Of a stretch of DNA of 64,000 nt, positions 20,440-29,903 are shown one piece after another; position 1 is the first letter of the stretch, and each line of letters starts with the position of its first letter. This DNA is from a virus (taxonomy: Duplodnaviria > Caudoviricetes). Both the position numbers and the translations under genes were made by a program. The notes below the pieces were generated by a model, which saw only the letters and a program-made list of their open reading frames with translations, did no database searches and was not told the origin of the DNA. The stretch covers positions 96,001 through 160,000 of IMG/VR virus record IMGVR_UViG_3300029288_000071; one strand, 5' to 3'.

Positions 20440-20852
20440 ACTTCGTATCCGATTTTCTTCATTAGCTTAGTGATTTCATCTATTGATCCAAATATTTGTT
20501 GTTCAAATTGTATAATTCGTTTAATTTGTATAGAATGATGTGGAGATGTGCAATAATAAGCTGTTTTTAATAAAGGAACATCAACATCTGAAAAATCAAA
20601 TTCATCAAAAAAATATTTGTTATTTTGTTTTGACCGAACGATGTGATCATTACTATGTAATTGATTGTAAGTTATTATTTGAATTTTTTTGGGATCTGAA
20701 CAATCATATTTCTTTTTTATTAAATCTCGCATGCTATAACTTGGAACAACAATAGTGGCTGTTCCATTTCCTGATAAAACCCATTGATGAACAGCTTGCA
20801 TCATACGGTGAGTTTTTCCACTTTGTCTTGGAGAGATATCAAGTTCCATCAT
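20436..20852 (-). CDS. Mini terminase-ATPase-like protein with LMKKIGY tag
   Basis: SPRQSGKT Walker A, FFDEFDF Walker B, CTSP motif III; ends ITKLMKKIGYEV. Confidence 0.65.
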   Translation of the reverse strand: MMELDISPRQSGKTHRMMQAVHQWVLSGNGTATIVVPSYSMRDLIKKKYDCSDPKKIQIITYNQLHSNDHIVRSKQNNKYFFDEFDFSDVDVPLLKTAYYCTSPHHSIQIKRIIQFEQQIFGSIDEITKLMKKIGYEV

Positions 20853-20853
20853 T

Positions 20854-21327
20854 TTATAATTCAGTTTCTAATTCTATTCCATTTTCATTAATATTTTTTT
20901 CAACTTTAACTTTAATAGGTTCAATTTTTTCAGGTATCTCAGCTATACTTAATTCAGAAAGTGAATCTGATTTTACCTTTCTAATGAAAGGTGATTTTGT
21001 TATTAAATCTAATTCAGCAAGAATTTTTGTATAATCAGTTTTAGTTTGTTTTTCTTTTGGATCTTTATTAGCTTCATCTTCAGTTTGTCGTAATTTTTGC
21101 ATTACTTGAGCTAATTTTACTAAAATATCAGCTTGTCTACTAGCTTGCTCAAGCCAACGGTCTGCCATTTGAGAAAGAACTACTAAATCTCCTTTATTAC
21201 TCAGCATTGCAGTTTCCATGTGTTGGTACAGTTTATTTGCTTTATTGCGATTCTCTTCAGTTTCATCCATGATTCTTTGGATTAACTTAATAATATCTTC
21301 TTTTTCGTATCCTGTGATATTTGTCAT
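20854..21327 (-). CDS. Hypothetical coiled-coil protein
   Basis: Helical; could be a small terminase-like protein but this is unsupported. Confidence 0.5.
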   Translation of the reverse strand: MTNITGYEKEDIIKLIQRIMDETEENRNKANKLYQHMETAMLSNKGDLVVLSQMADRWLEQASRQADILVKLAQVMQKLRQTEDEANKDPKEKQTKTDYTKILAELDLITKSPFIRKVKSDSLSELSIAEIPEKIEPIKVKVEKNINENGIELETEL

Positions 21328-21683
21328 TAAGATATTTTTCTATTATAAATTAAAGGTCTTGAAATTCCTAAAATTTCTTGTGGTTGTTCAGCAGGTTTTT
21401 CATCAGGTATAATTTGCAATTCTGAATGTTTTTTAACAAGTTCTTCTATTCCATTCCTTACTGCTTTAGTGTTTTCAACAAACTGGAAAATTGTATCATC
21501 ATAATAATGAATATTTTGTTCAAATAAACTATTAATTTGTTGATGAAAATCCCACATTAAATGATAACTTTCAAGTAGATCATCTTGTAGCACATCTTGT
21601 TGTTGACTCATTTTATATAAAAGGAATGTAGCTATTCCTAATAAAATAATTAAAAAAGCTATAACTAACCATAAAATTATCAT
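21327..21683 (-). CDS. Membrane-anchored hypothetical protein
   Basis: N-terminal TM helix. Confidence 0.55.
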   Translation of the reverse strand: MIILWLVIAFLIILLGIATFLLYKMSQQQDVLQDDLLESYHLMWDFHQQINSLFEQNIHYYDDTIFQFVENTKAVRNGIEELVKKHSELQIIPDEKPAEQPQEILGISRPLIYNRKIS

Positions 21684-21687
21684 AACA

Positions 21688-22257
21688 TTACTCTATATGT
21701 GTAAAATAGTCTGCTGTATGTAAGAAAAACATTAGCTTATTTCTAGATTCTTTATGTACTTTGTTTTCTTCTAAGAACATTCCATCGTGCCCTAAAATTG
21801 CTAAATATTCATCATCAGTTAGACTAACTTCAAAATGTGTTAAAATTCTAATACTTCTTTGAGCATGACTTAATCCGTCTGGAAGTTTTGCATTATAATC
21901 AAAGAGCTGCCCTTTTTCAATTTTCCATCTTTCTTGAGTTTGAGTATAAAGCAATTCTCCTTTAATTGTTCCAATTTTTCCTAAGTCATGAAATAAACCG
22001 CAAATTAATCTAGATTCTTTAGAAGTTTCAGGTGCCCAAAGATCACAAAGTAAATTTAAGTTCTTTGTAACAGCAAGACTATGATGCAAAAGTCCGCCGG
22101 GGGCACAATCATGTAGTCCAATTCTGTAGCTTCCTGGAGCTGTAAAATATCTATCTCCTATAACACTTATCATATTATTAATTTTTGTCTTATTGGGTTC
22201 AGTAAATGAATCCATTGCTTTTTCAAATAATTTAATTTCTTCTTCAGTTTTGTTCAT
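21688..22257 (-). CDS. HD-domain phosphohydrolase (YhaM-like)
   Basis: GGLLHHSL, LFHDLGKIG, ILGHDG, HTAD; start moved to MNKTEEE at 22257. Confidence 0.85.
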   Translation of the reverse strand: MNKTEEEIKLFEKAMDSFTEPNKTKINNMISVIGDRYFTAPGSYRIGLHDCAPGGLLHHSLAVTKNLNLLCDLWAPETSKESRLICGLFHDLGKIGTIKGELLYTQTQERWKIEKGQLFDYNAKLPDGLSHAQRSIRILTHFEVSLTDDEYLAILGHDGMFLEENKVHKESRNKLMFFLHTADYFTHIE

Positions 22258-22453
22258 TATTATTTTTCCAAATTCTAGCGGTTCTACACAAAAAAGCAAT
22301 GATAACAAGCATAACAAGTTGTATCAAGGCTAGGAAGAAACCTGCATTAAATAAAGTGATTAAAAAGTTTCCTAAAAATATTAAAGCTAATAAAACTGCT
22401 TGTCCATTGAATTTGTATTGATCAATAACAGCTTTTATTTGTTGAAAATTCAT
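22244..22453 (-). CDS. Small two-TM membrane protein (holin-like candidate)
   Basis: Two hydrophobic segments, basic C-tail, GGAG RBS. Confidence 0.45.
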   Translation of the reverse strand: MNFQQIKAVIDQYKFNGQAVLLALIFLGNFLITLFNAGFFLALIQLVMLVIIAFLCRTARIWKNNNEQN

Positions 22454-22460
22454 ATTGCTC

Positions 22461-22991
22461 CTATTTAAGTTTTTTCAAATCTGAAGGATGTCTTGTAACT
22501 GTTGACCCATCAGACATCTTAACTACATATTGTAGTCCAGGTACTTTTCTACCTAAAACTGTTCCTTCTTTCCAAGCAAGTTTACCCTTTACTATAGAAA
22601 CAAACCGGACTCGCTCACCTTTTGTGAAAGATGAATATTTTCCAGAAGGAATTTCTATCTTTTGAGAATAAGTCCAGAGAGCAGAAGATATTTTTGTTAC
22701 ACTTTTTATATTTACAGATTTGTAAGTTCGGTAAGAATCAGTTTGCAGTCTATTTCTAACATAAGATGAATAAAAATTTTGTGCAGTAATTTTGCCAGGT
22801 CTTAATTGTCCGTAAAGCAGTTTTTTCAGTGTAAAAAAGAAATAAGCTTTTTCTTGAGGAGTTTGATAGTTTTGGTTTAATCCATGTACTAAATTTCCTA
22901 CTTTTGCAAGAAAAAATATCTTTGGGTGTTTATCATGAACATTAGGGGCAGAATAATCAAATTCTATTGTGTCTCCTAATTGTACTTTCAA
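22461..22991 (-). CDS. DNA end protector-like protein (T4 gp2-like) with extra C-terminal SH3-like domain
   Basis: HDKHPKIF..HGLNQNY..YRTY resembles the gp2 family D..PLIF..GLNLHY..Y pattern. Confidence 0.55.
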   Translation of the reverse strand: MKVQLGDTIEFDYSAPNVHDKHPKIFFLAKVGNLVHGLNQNYQTPQEKAYFFFTLKKLLYGQLRPGKITAQNFYSSYVRNRLQTDSYRTYKSVNIKSVTKISSALWTYSQKIEIPSGKYSSFTKGERVRFVSIVKGKLAWKEGTVLGRKVPGLQYVVKMSDGSTVTRHPSDLKKLK

Positions 22992-23002
22992 TTCTTTGCT
23001 AT

Positions 23003-23037
23003 AAAAAATGAACCCGGCAAAATCTCTACCGGGTTCA
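23003..23037 (-). terminator. Rho-independent terminator
   Basis: Stem TGAACCCGG/CCGGGTTCA followed by a T-run on the minus strand. Confidence 0.8.
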
Positions 23038-23048
23038 AAGTGAATTAT

Positions 23049-23279
23049 TTATTGAACTTCTTTTTCTACATCTTCTATTAAAATCATAGTATGAGAAGCT
23101 GGAAAGACTGCAAGTAATTCTTTCCCTTTTGTAACTGTCCAAGAATTATTCTCAGATTTTATTTGATGCGTATCTAAATCGTATCTATAGTGACGTAATC
23201 CAGTTGTTCTTGATTCGTTAGAATTTTTTCCTTGTTTTGTAAGTTCGAATCCTGTTACCAAAATATGATATTGTTTCAT
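23049..23279 (-). CDS. Hypothetical protein
   Basis: ORF track. Confidence 0.5.
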   Translation of the reverse strand: MKQYHILVTGFELTKQGKNSNESRTTGLRHYRYDLDTHQIKSENNSWTVTKGKELLAVFPASHTMILIEDVEKEVQ

Positions 23280-23331
23280 TTTTCATTTTCGTGTTTGGAA
23301 GTTTTTTATGTGTCATTTAATCGAAAACCAA

Positions 23332-23604
23332 TTAGTTTAAATAAATAGCATTTTGTGTTATTGCTTTTAATAATTCAAATCTCTGTATATAATTCATTCT
23401 TTTTAACAAAAATAATTCTTGTAAATCTTTTAATTTATCACTATAATAAGAAGAATCAATAAATAATTCTTTATTTGTAATTTCTGTACATTCTTTTAAT
23501 ATTTCATTTAATTCAACTTTATCAGCTATAAATGAAGAAAAATGTGCATTAAATTCTGCACTTAAAGTATTTTGTAAGATAATATTTGGTTTAAAATGAT
23601 ACAT
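23332..23604 (-). CDS. Hypothetical protein
   Basis: ORF track. Confidence 0.5.
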   Translation of the reverse strand: MYHFKPNIILQNTLSAEFNAHFSSFIADKVELNEILKECTEITNKELFIDSSYYSDKLKDLQELFLLKRMNYIQRFELLKAITQNAIYLN

Positions 23605-24040
23605 TTTTTCTATTTGGTTTTATCGTTATAAAATCTTCTGTTTTAAATGGTTGTATTTTTGCTATTTCAGGACAAATTAATTTATAAAATTCTTTAATAG
23701 AAGCATCGTTATCAGTTTGAATGAAATTTAAATCAACTCCTAAAGAACAAGTTTGTTTTGAGTCTAGTTTTACAGAACTTAAGTCATGTTCATATGTAAA
23801 TCTAGAACCCTCATAAAACCAGTTTGTTAATTGTATCTCTTTACAGTTTTTGTCAATTGCAAATAATGATAATTTCTTTCTCAATAATTTCTTAAATTCT
23901 TCACATGATATAGCACCCTTAACTGGTATTAGAGAAAAACTTACATTTAAAATCAGTTGAAGAGGCTTAAGTTTTGATTCATACATTCCTTTTATTTTTA
24001 CATTATCAAAAGTTTCAGTTTTCAGATTTTTGAATTCCAT
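23591..24040 (-). CDS. Hypothetical protein
   Basis: ORF with AAGGAG RBS. Confidence 0.55.
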   Translation of the reverse strand: MEFKNLKTETFDNVKIKGMYESKLKPLQLILNVSFSLIPVKGAISCEEFKKLLRKKLSLFAIDKNCKEIQLTNWFYEGSRFTYEHDLSSVKLDSKQTCSLGVDLNFIQTDNDASIKEFYKLICPEIAKIQPFKTEDFITIKPNRKNVSF

Positions 24041-24104
24041 AACATAACTCCTTTGCTATGCAAGTATTCAATCGTGGATTAGGTAAAACAAAAAATTAAA
24101 TTAC

Positions 24105-24716
24105 TTAAACATTAAAAACTCTCTTCCAAGGAAATTGCAAATGAACATCTGACTTATCAAATCTGACATTGCAATGAGTAATCACTCCTTTAAATTTCAA
24201 TAAATCTGTGTCAAATCTATTTTGATCATGTACTGTACATTTATTTGGTATTGAAAAATCTTTACATAACTTATCAAGTAAAAAAATCAAAGAGTCAATT
24301 TGTTTTTCTTCATAAGCATCAAAATATCTATATCCACGCCATTCATATCCTAAGTCAACATAAGTATCTCTAAAGACTTGTCTTCCATCAAAAGCATAAA
24401 ATTTTCCATCAGCTTTTTTTATTAATCCACCTTCAGAAGCAAGTTCTATTCCTATAGAGTTTTGATTCATTATTTTATTATTTGCTGTTTTAAGTCCAAG
24501 ATGATGGCACCAATATTTTGGATCAAAAACTTCAAAAATTGTACCATCTCTATCTATTATATAAGCTGTACCAATTCTTTGTGGATCTTGAAGCCACCAG
24601 TTGAAAGTAGAAAGTGCTGAACCTCCAACTGTGTGATGTAAAACTATTTGATTCTTTGGGTAACTTTGTTTATAATATTGATCATCTGGTAATCGTAAAG
24701 TTTTATTTATATCCGT
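24105..24716 (-). CDS. N-acetylmuramoyl-L-alanine amidase (Amidase_2, endolysin), apparently with a non-canonical start
   Basis: The frame upstream of ATG 24470 is open and encodes IVLHHTVGGS..IGTAYIIDRDG..WCHHLG; downstream NSIGIE and THCNVRFDKSD. The only plausible starts are ACG 24716 or ATA 24710. Confidence 0.8.
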   Translation of the reverse strand, partial: TDINKTLRLPDDQYYKQSYPKNQIVLHHTVGGSALSTFNWWLQDPQRIGTAYIIDRDGTIFEVFDPKYWCHHLGLKTANNKIMNQNSIGIELASEGGLIKKADGKFYAFDGRQVFRDTYVDLGYEWRGYRYFDAYEEKQIDSLIFLLDKLCKDFSIPNKCTVHDQNRFDTDLLKFKGVITHCNVRFDKSDVHLQFPWKRVFNV

Positions 24717-24753
24717 AAAAGTTCTCTAAATTATCCGTAAAAGTTCTCTAAAT
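24710..24753. repeat. Perfect 22-bp tandem duplication
   Basis: TATCCGTAAAAGTTCTCTAAAT x2. Confidence 0.95.
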
Positions 24754-25581
24754 GGGCTGGCATTTATTACACCAGTAAGTTGTTCTTCCGTTTTGAGGTC
24801 CTTTTGAAACTATAGATTTGCACAATCTACATATTTTTTGTCCATAAATCATATGAACAGTTTTTCCTTTTTCTCCATTAGTATCTTTATAAGTTCTAAT
24901 GGTGGAACCTCCATAAGTATATGCATTTTTGATAACTTCTGAAATTGATTCAGAAAGATTTTGTAAATTTTCTGCTGTTAAGTTTTTAATCTTCTTAAAT
25001 GGATTAATCCCAGCTAAAAAACATATCTCACTTGCATAAATATTTCCAATTCCAGCAATAAAATTTTGATCCATTAATAGAGGTTTTATTCCTATCTCTT
25101 TATTCTTTTCTAATTGAATTTTTTGATAAAGCCACTCACTTGTAATATTTTCAGTTAATGCATCTAATCCATAATTGCTAAATTTTGCTTGTAACTTTTC
25201 ATTTTTGAAAAAATCTTCTTGAGTATAAATTTCAATTCTTCCCCATTTTCTTGGATCAATAAAGTCTATAACTCCATTTTCAAATCTAAGAGACATTCTT
25301 GTATGAGTTGGAGCTAATGTAGATTTTAATCTATTTATCCAACTACCTGACATTGATAAATGACTTGTTAAATAAAAAGTTCCGATAGATGATGTAAATT
25401 GAAAAATAATATATTTAGCTTTTCTAGAAACTTGATCTAGAACTGAATTTGTCATTAAATCTAAAAGCTTCTTTTTTGTTTTCCATTTGAAATCATGAAT
25501 CTCACTATCAATTAAAATCTTACCTTTGTATTTATCATTGAATTGATCAACTATTCTCTGAACTTCCGGACTTTCGGGCAT
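24748..25581 (-). CDS. mutM: Formamidopyrimidine-DNA glycosylase (Fpg/MutM)
   Basis: N-terminal PESPEV, RKAKY, HLSMSG, DPRKWG, H2TH AGIGNIYASE, and C-terminal CRLC..WCNKCQ zinc finger. Confidence 0.93.
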   Translation of the reverse strand: MPESPEVQRIVDQFNDKYKGKILIDSEIHDFKWKTKKKLLDLMTNSVLDQVSRKAKYIIFQFTSSIGTFYLTSHLSMSGSWINRLKSTLAPTHTRMSLRFENGVIDFIDPRKWGRIEIYTQEDFFKNEKLQAKFSNYGLDALTENITSEWLYQKIQLEKNKEIGIKPLLMDQNFIAGIGNIYASEICFLAGINPFKKIKNLTAENLQNLSESISEVIKNAYTYGGSTIRTYKDTNGEKGKTVHMIYGQKICRLCKSIVSKGPQNGRTTYWCNKCQPI

Positions 25582-26068
25582 TTTCAGTTTCCTTCAATTT
25601 ATTTTCTTCTCTCTTCTGTGCTTCTTCAGCAAGAGTTTTTATCATTTCAGCATTTCGTTGTTTTGTAACACGTTTAATTTTTCTTTTTTCTTTTTCAAGT
25701 TCAATAATTTTATGATCATGAATCAATTTAATTTTTAAATCTTTATGAATAATTTCAGCTGGAGCTATAGCTACAGCATCTAAATAAAAAGTTTGACTAG
25801 GTCCATCTTCAATAGATTGTAACATAATTTGCTCTTTTTCCCAATCTATTTTAGAAGCATAATAAAATTCTAAAAAACCTCTTGATATATCACCAGCATA
25901 ACAAAATGCCGTTCTAATTTCATTTTTTTCTAAAGAAGTAGTAATATTTATTTGATATTCTTTAGGAAGATTTTCAAATATTGCATATGTAAACCATTTA
26001 TGTCTTTCACCCGGTTTAAGTATCTTTAAACATTTTTGAAGAATTTCTTTATATTTCTTCCTATTCAT
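25547..26068 (-). CDS. Hypothetical protein
   Basis: ORF track. Confidence 0.5.
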   Translation of the reverse strand: MNRKKYKEILQKCLKILKPGERHKWFTYAIFENLPKEYQINITTSLEKNEIRTAFCYAGDISRGFLEFYYASKIDWEKEQIMLQSIEDGPSQTFYLDAVAIAPAEIIHKDLKIKLIHDHKIIELEKEKRKIKRVTKQRNAEMIKTLAEEAQKREENKLKETENARKSGSSENS

Positions 26069-26408
26069 TACTACTAACTTCTTTCACTAAATCTATCAAG
26101 TTATCAAACCATAAGTTTGCTTTTTCCCAATCTATTTCTTCATTTGTAGCAGGATCAATAAAATCAACGCGATACACACGATATTGTGTATCATTCCAAA
26201 ATCCAATAAATGATACATTCCCAGAAGGGTATTTTTCTATTGTTAATTTTTTAATTTTTTCTAGAAGTTGGTTTGACTTGCTATTACTAACATTACTTAT
26301 GAATTGTAATTTTAGTTTTTGAGGCTCAGTTAAAACATTTTGTAATTTTGAGCCACCAATTTTTGACCAAATTTCAAATAAATTAATTATTTTTTTCTGG
26401 TGTATCAT
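26061..26408 (-). CDS. Hypothetical protein
   Basis: ORF track. Confidence 0.5.
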   Translation of the reverse strand: MIHQKKIINLFEIWSKIGGSKLQNVLTEPQKLKLQFISNVSNSKSNQLLEKIKKLTIEKYPSGNVSFIGFWNDTQYRVYRVDFIDPATNEEIDWEKANLWFDNLIDLVKEVSSNE

Positions 26409-26700
26409 TTACATAATCTACAGTATATTTGTAACCTGCGGAAGTTTTTTCAAAGTGAATTTTATAAGAATCTATAAATTTTTTAGTATCTTTATTATCT
26501 TCTAACCAACAAACATAACCTGCTTCTAAATTTTCTCTTGAACTCATTATAGAATTTATAATAAAGCATTTTTGAACATTTTCATTTTTAAGTAAATCAT
26601 CACCTGTCAATTTTTCATCTACTAATTTTCTATTTTCAGTATAAATAAGAGCAAGTTGTTCTATAAATTCTTCTAATTTCTTGTCTAGTTCTTCAGACAT
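26383..26700 (-). CDS. Hypothetical protein
   Basis: ORF track. Confidence 0.5.
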   Translation of the reverse strand: MSEELDKKLEEFIEQLALIYTENRKLVDEKLTGDDLLKNENVQKCFIINSIMSSRENLEAGYVCWLEDNKDTKKFIDSYKIHFEKTSAGYKYTVDYVNDTPEKNN

Positions 26701-26711
26701 ATTTTCTTTCT

Positions 26712-26845
26712 AAAAAAATCAGGTCAAACAAAATAATGTCAAATTCTCGATGATTTTTGAAAGGGAGACTTTTTTCGTCATCTTGACTAAGATTTGCTTG
26801 ACCTGAATGACCTCCGATGAGTAGTTTTTACTCATTTGTGGATGT
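26712..26845 (-). ncRNA. Candidate structured RNA or leader
   Basis: Small hairpin ATGAGTA/TACTCAT, then a long bulged stem TCAGGTCAAGCAAA/TTTGTTTGACCTGA with inner GTCAA/TTGAC and GATGA/TCATC pairs, ending in a T-run; preceded by the TTATATTTAT motif. Confidence 0.5.
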
Positions 26846-26871
26846 TATAATATAAATATAATTTTATCTAA

Positions 26872-27489
26872 TTAAAAATCATTTTTTGCAATAATTTCTC
26901 CAACTGAAGCATATACTAACTTAACATATTTATCATTAACTTTTTTCATTTTTGACCCTTTGATGTCAATTGTCCCATTATGAGATGAAATAGCATAATC
27001 ATATCTCCCATACTTAACAAGAGAATTTTTTAATAACTGTGCAGCAATATGTGCATTATAAGCTGGAGTTAACAATTTCTCTTCAGTGACTTTAGGATCT
27101 ATTCTCATAGCAGTTTCAAATTGAATCATAAATAAGCCATAGGACCATTTTTTATTACTGTCCATTATTTTTCTATGAGCATATTTAAACTTAGCACTTT
27201 CATGCCAAGACATTCCACAGAAAATTGCTGGCTTAAGTCCATTAACTTTAGCTGTATCTATTAACATTTTCATGATTTCTTGTTCTTTAATTTTGTAAAA
27301 AACTGAATCTGTCATGTCAATAAAGTCTTTAGGACTAAATGCTACTGATTGACTTTGGATTGGAAGTAATGTCTCTGCTTGTGCTGATGTTGGTTTTACA
27401 CTATCAAATACTTCCAAAATTCTACAACTTGAGATTCCTGCTAAAGTTGTAAGGATTAGTAAAACAACTACTAAGGTTTTTATTTTCAT
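26872..27489 (-). CDS. Lytic transglycosylase (SLT domain) with signal/lipoprotein peptide
   Basis: WHES catalytic Glu, SYGLFMI..TA, AISSHNG; N-terminal hydrophobic stretch with GISSC. Confidence 0.8.
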   Translation of the reverse strand: MKIKTLVVVLLILTTLAGISSCRILEVFDSVKPTSAQAETLLPIQSQSVAFSPKDFIDMTDSVFYKIKEQEIMKMLIDTAKVNGLKPAIFCGMSWHESAKFKYAHRKIMDSNKKWSYGLFMIQFETAMRIDPKVTEEKLLTPAYNAHIAAQLLKNSLVKYGRYDYAISSHNGTIDIKGSKMKKVNDKYVKLVYASVGEIIAKNDF

Positions 27490-27513
27490 TGAGTTCCTCT
27501 GATGAATGAATAT

Positions 27514-28053
27514 TTAGTTTCCACAACACTTCTTGAACTTCTTTCCTGAACCACAAGGACAAGGATCATTTCTACCAACTTTAATCTGTTTTGTTTCTTT
27601 GTAAATTTTATCAGTTATCAATATTCCGTTAAGATGATCAAATTCGTGTTGAAAAATAACTGCTTCTTCGTCTACGAGGACAAATTTTTGCCTATTTGTT
27701 ATAGAAGCTTGTGTAGAAACTGTTATTTGTTTTGCTCTTTTTACTTTTACTTCTTTATTTGGAATTGATAAACAGCCTTCTTCTGATATTATCTCTTCTT
27801 TTTCATATTCTTCTATTTGTGGATTGATCCATTTAATAAATTCATATTCTTCTATTTGTGGATTTTGCCATTCAGATTTGTTTTTCTTAAATTTAGTTAT
27901 AAAAATTCTAACAGGTAGCCCAATTTGAACTGCTGCTAAACCAGAACCCATTTCCGGAATTTCTTTAAGAAGCAAATCTACTACTTGCTGACTTTCTTCA
28001 AAAGGTATTTCATTACTTACTATCTTAAGTTTTTTCTGGTCTATAATAATCAT
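27514..28053 (-). CDS. def: Peptide deformylase with C-terminal SEC-C motif
   Basis: [24 protein letters not shown]; ends [20 protein letters not shown]. Confidence 0.95.
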   Translation of the reverse strand: MIIIDQKKLKIVSNEIPFEESQQVVDLLLKEIPEMGSGLAAVQIGLPVRIFITKFKKNKSEWQNPQIEEYEFIKWINPQIEEYEKEEIISEEGCLSIPNKEVKVKRAKQITVSTQASITNRQKFVLVDEEAVIFQHEFDHLNGILITDKIYKETKQIKVGRNDPCPCGSGKKFKKCCGN

Positions 28054-28102
28054 TGATTGAAATAAATATAAATAAAGAATGATTAAGAGTAAACGTTATT
28101 TC

Positions 28103-28139
28103 ACTGTTAAGTAAATCTAATACTTAACTACTTAACAGT
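28103..28139. other. Intergenic inverted repeat with alternative pairing
   Basis: ACTGTTAAGTA / TACTTAACAGT, with TACTTAAC present twice. Confidence 0.6.
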
Positions 28140-28154
28140 AAATACATGACAAAA

Positions 28155-28595
28155 CTAAAAATGAATAGTTTGATCAGCAATTTTTATCAATTGCCATTCA
28201 GGGATAATCCATCCTCTGCCTCCATTTGGAGAAGATTTTATTAAGAAACTTCCACTGCCCAAAATGTTTTGTAATTTTTTAGTTTCTATTACATAAAGAA
28301 TTTCTGGCATGTCTAAAGTTTTGGGTTTATTAGTTACCCACCATTTACACTGATTTTTACAATTATCCAGTTTATCTATTTCAATCCAAGCATTCCCTGT
28401 TTGTAACATTCTATAGTCAGTATATAATTGAAGAAATTCTCCTTCTGCATTAGCAAAATCAATTAAAGATCCTTTATGCTGTTTTTTAACAACTGACCAA
28501 TTTGTTTTCTTTTCTATATTTTGTAATAGTTGATTTTCAGTGTCTATTTTTTCCTGAAATGATTTTGCTTGATAGTCTTCTGATAATGAAGTCAT
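28155..28595 (-). CDS. Hypothetical protein (possible degenerate PD-(D/E)XK fold)
   Basis: IDF..TD...TGNAWIE..GRGWIIP pattern. Confidence 0.4.
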   Translation of the reverse strand: MTSLSEDYQAKSFQEKIDTENQLLQNIEKKTNWSVVKKQHKGSLIDFANAEGEFLQLYTDYRMLQTGNAWIEIDKLDNCKNQCKWWVTNKPKTLDMPEILYVIETKKLQNILGSGSFLIKSSPNGGRGWIIPEWQLIKIADQTIHF

Positions 28596-29638
28596 AAATT
28601 TTTTAACCTTGCGTTAATTCGATATTGTGAAATATTCGTTGCATTCATGTAAGACATTGAACTTTGTAATCCTGTCTTGAATCTTTTTATAACCTTAGCA
28701 ACAGAATCATCAACATAAGGAACTAACGTTTCATTACCTTCATTAAAATCTGGTTTTTCATTGCTAAATTCTTGTTGTACACTAAATGATGCTGCACCTC
28801 TATAAGTCTTATACTTTGAACCATCTTCTAACTTAAGAACATTTCCTGGAGTTTCTTTATATCCTGCAAATATTTTTCCTGCCATTACTAAATCAGCACC
28901 AGCAACTAAAGCTTTACACATATCAGATGGAGTTCTAATTCCTCCATCAGCAATTATTAGAGTATTTTTTTGAACAGACTTACATTCTAATACAGATTCA
29001 AGAGTAGGCATATACACACCCGTTTCAGTTTTTGTAGAACAAACTGAGCCGCCACCTATGCCTACTCGGATAGCATCTACTCCTAAATTCTGTAAAAATT
29101 CAAATCCTTCTTTTGTAGCTACATTCCCAGCAATAAGATATACTTTACCTGTATAATTTATAGGCTCTGTTTCTCCAATACGTAAATTTGTTATTGCTAA
29201 TGAATCTTCATATAAACTTACGCATTTCCTTATCCATTTAATCGCTTCTTCAATTTGTTTATTTGCTCCATTAGCTGTATCTAGACAAAAAATTCTGCAA
29301 CCCGCAACAAATAATTCTTTAAATCTTTCTTTATAGTCTCCCGTAATTCCTATAGCACAAGCTATAGTTTTTAGTTCTACTCCTAAATGCGCCGTATTGT
29401 TTGTATAGTACTCTTTTCTTTGTTCTTCAATAGATTGAAATCTATGAATGATTCCCAGAGCACCAATTCCTGCTAATCTATAAGACATTTCTCCATTACA
29501 TACATCGGGCATAGGAGAAGCTATAATCGGAACATCTAATTTTGTTCCGAAACAATTTATTGATGTGTCACAATCTTTTCTGTGTTTTATTTCTGAGATA
29601 ACTCTTGGTATTAATGTTGTATTATTGAATGTTTTCAT
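28592..29638 (-). CDS. IMP dehydrogenase / GMP reductase family (no CBS domains)
   Basis: PIIASPM, IAGNVAT, GIGGGSVCST catalytic Cys loop, IIADGGIR, YRGAAS. Confidence 0.9.
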   Translation of the reverse strand: MKTFNNTTLIPRVISEIKHRKDCDTSINCFGTKLDVPIIASPMPDVCNGEMSYRLAGIGALGIIHRFQSIEEQRKEYYTNNTAHLGVELKTIACAIGITGDYKERFKELFVAGCRIFCLDTANGANKQIEEAIKWIRKCVSLYEDSLAITNLRIGETEPINYTGKVYLIAGNVATKEGFEFLQNLGVDAIRVGIGGGSVCSTKTETGVYMPTLESVLECKSVQKNTLIIADGGIRTPSDMCKALVAGADLVMAGKIFAGYKETPGNVLKLEDGSKYKTYRGAASFSVQQEFSNEKPDFNEGNETLVPYVDDSVAKVIKRFKTGLQSSMSYMNATNISQYRINARLKNL

Positions 29639-29903
29639 ATCCTATATTTTTCATTAAAAATTTAATTTTATCAAAATTAGATTTTTTATAACTTTTTAAA
29701 CTTTTGATATCATTGAGTGATACATCAAAAGGTACTCCATCATGTTCAATATTACCATCTGAAATACCTATCAATGTTACTTTGTTTTCTTTATATCTAG
29801 CAATAACAAAATTGTGCCAATCATCTTCAGGATTTACCCAATAAATTTTAACTGGATTGCCGATATTGTTTTCTATGATTCTATCAATCTGTTTTAATTC
29901 CAT
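29622..29903 (-). CDS. Small protein with LMKNIGY tag
   Basis: Ends DKIKFLMKNIGYENIQ. Confidence 0.6.
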   Translation of the reverse strand: MELKQIDRIIENNIGNPVKIYWVNPEDDWHNFVIARYKENKVTLIGISDGNIEHDGVPFDVSLNDIKSLKSYKKSNFDKIKFLMKNIGYENIQ

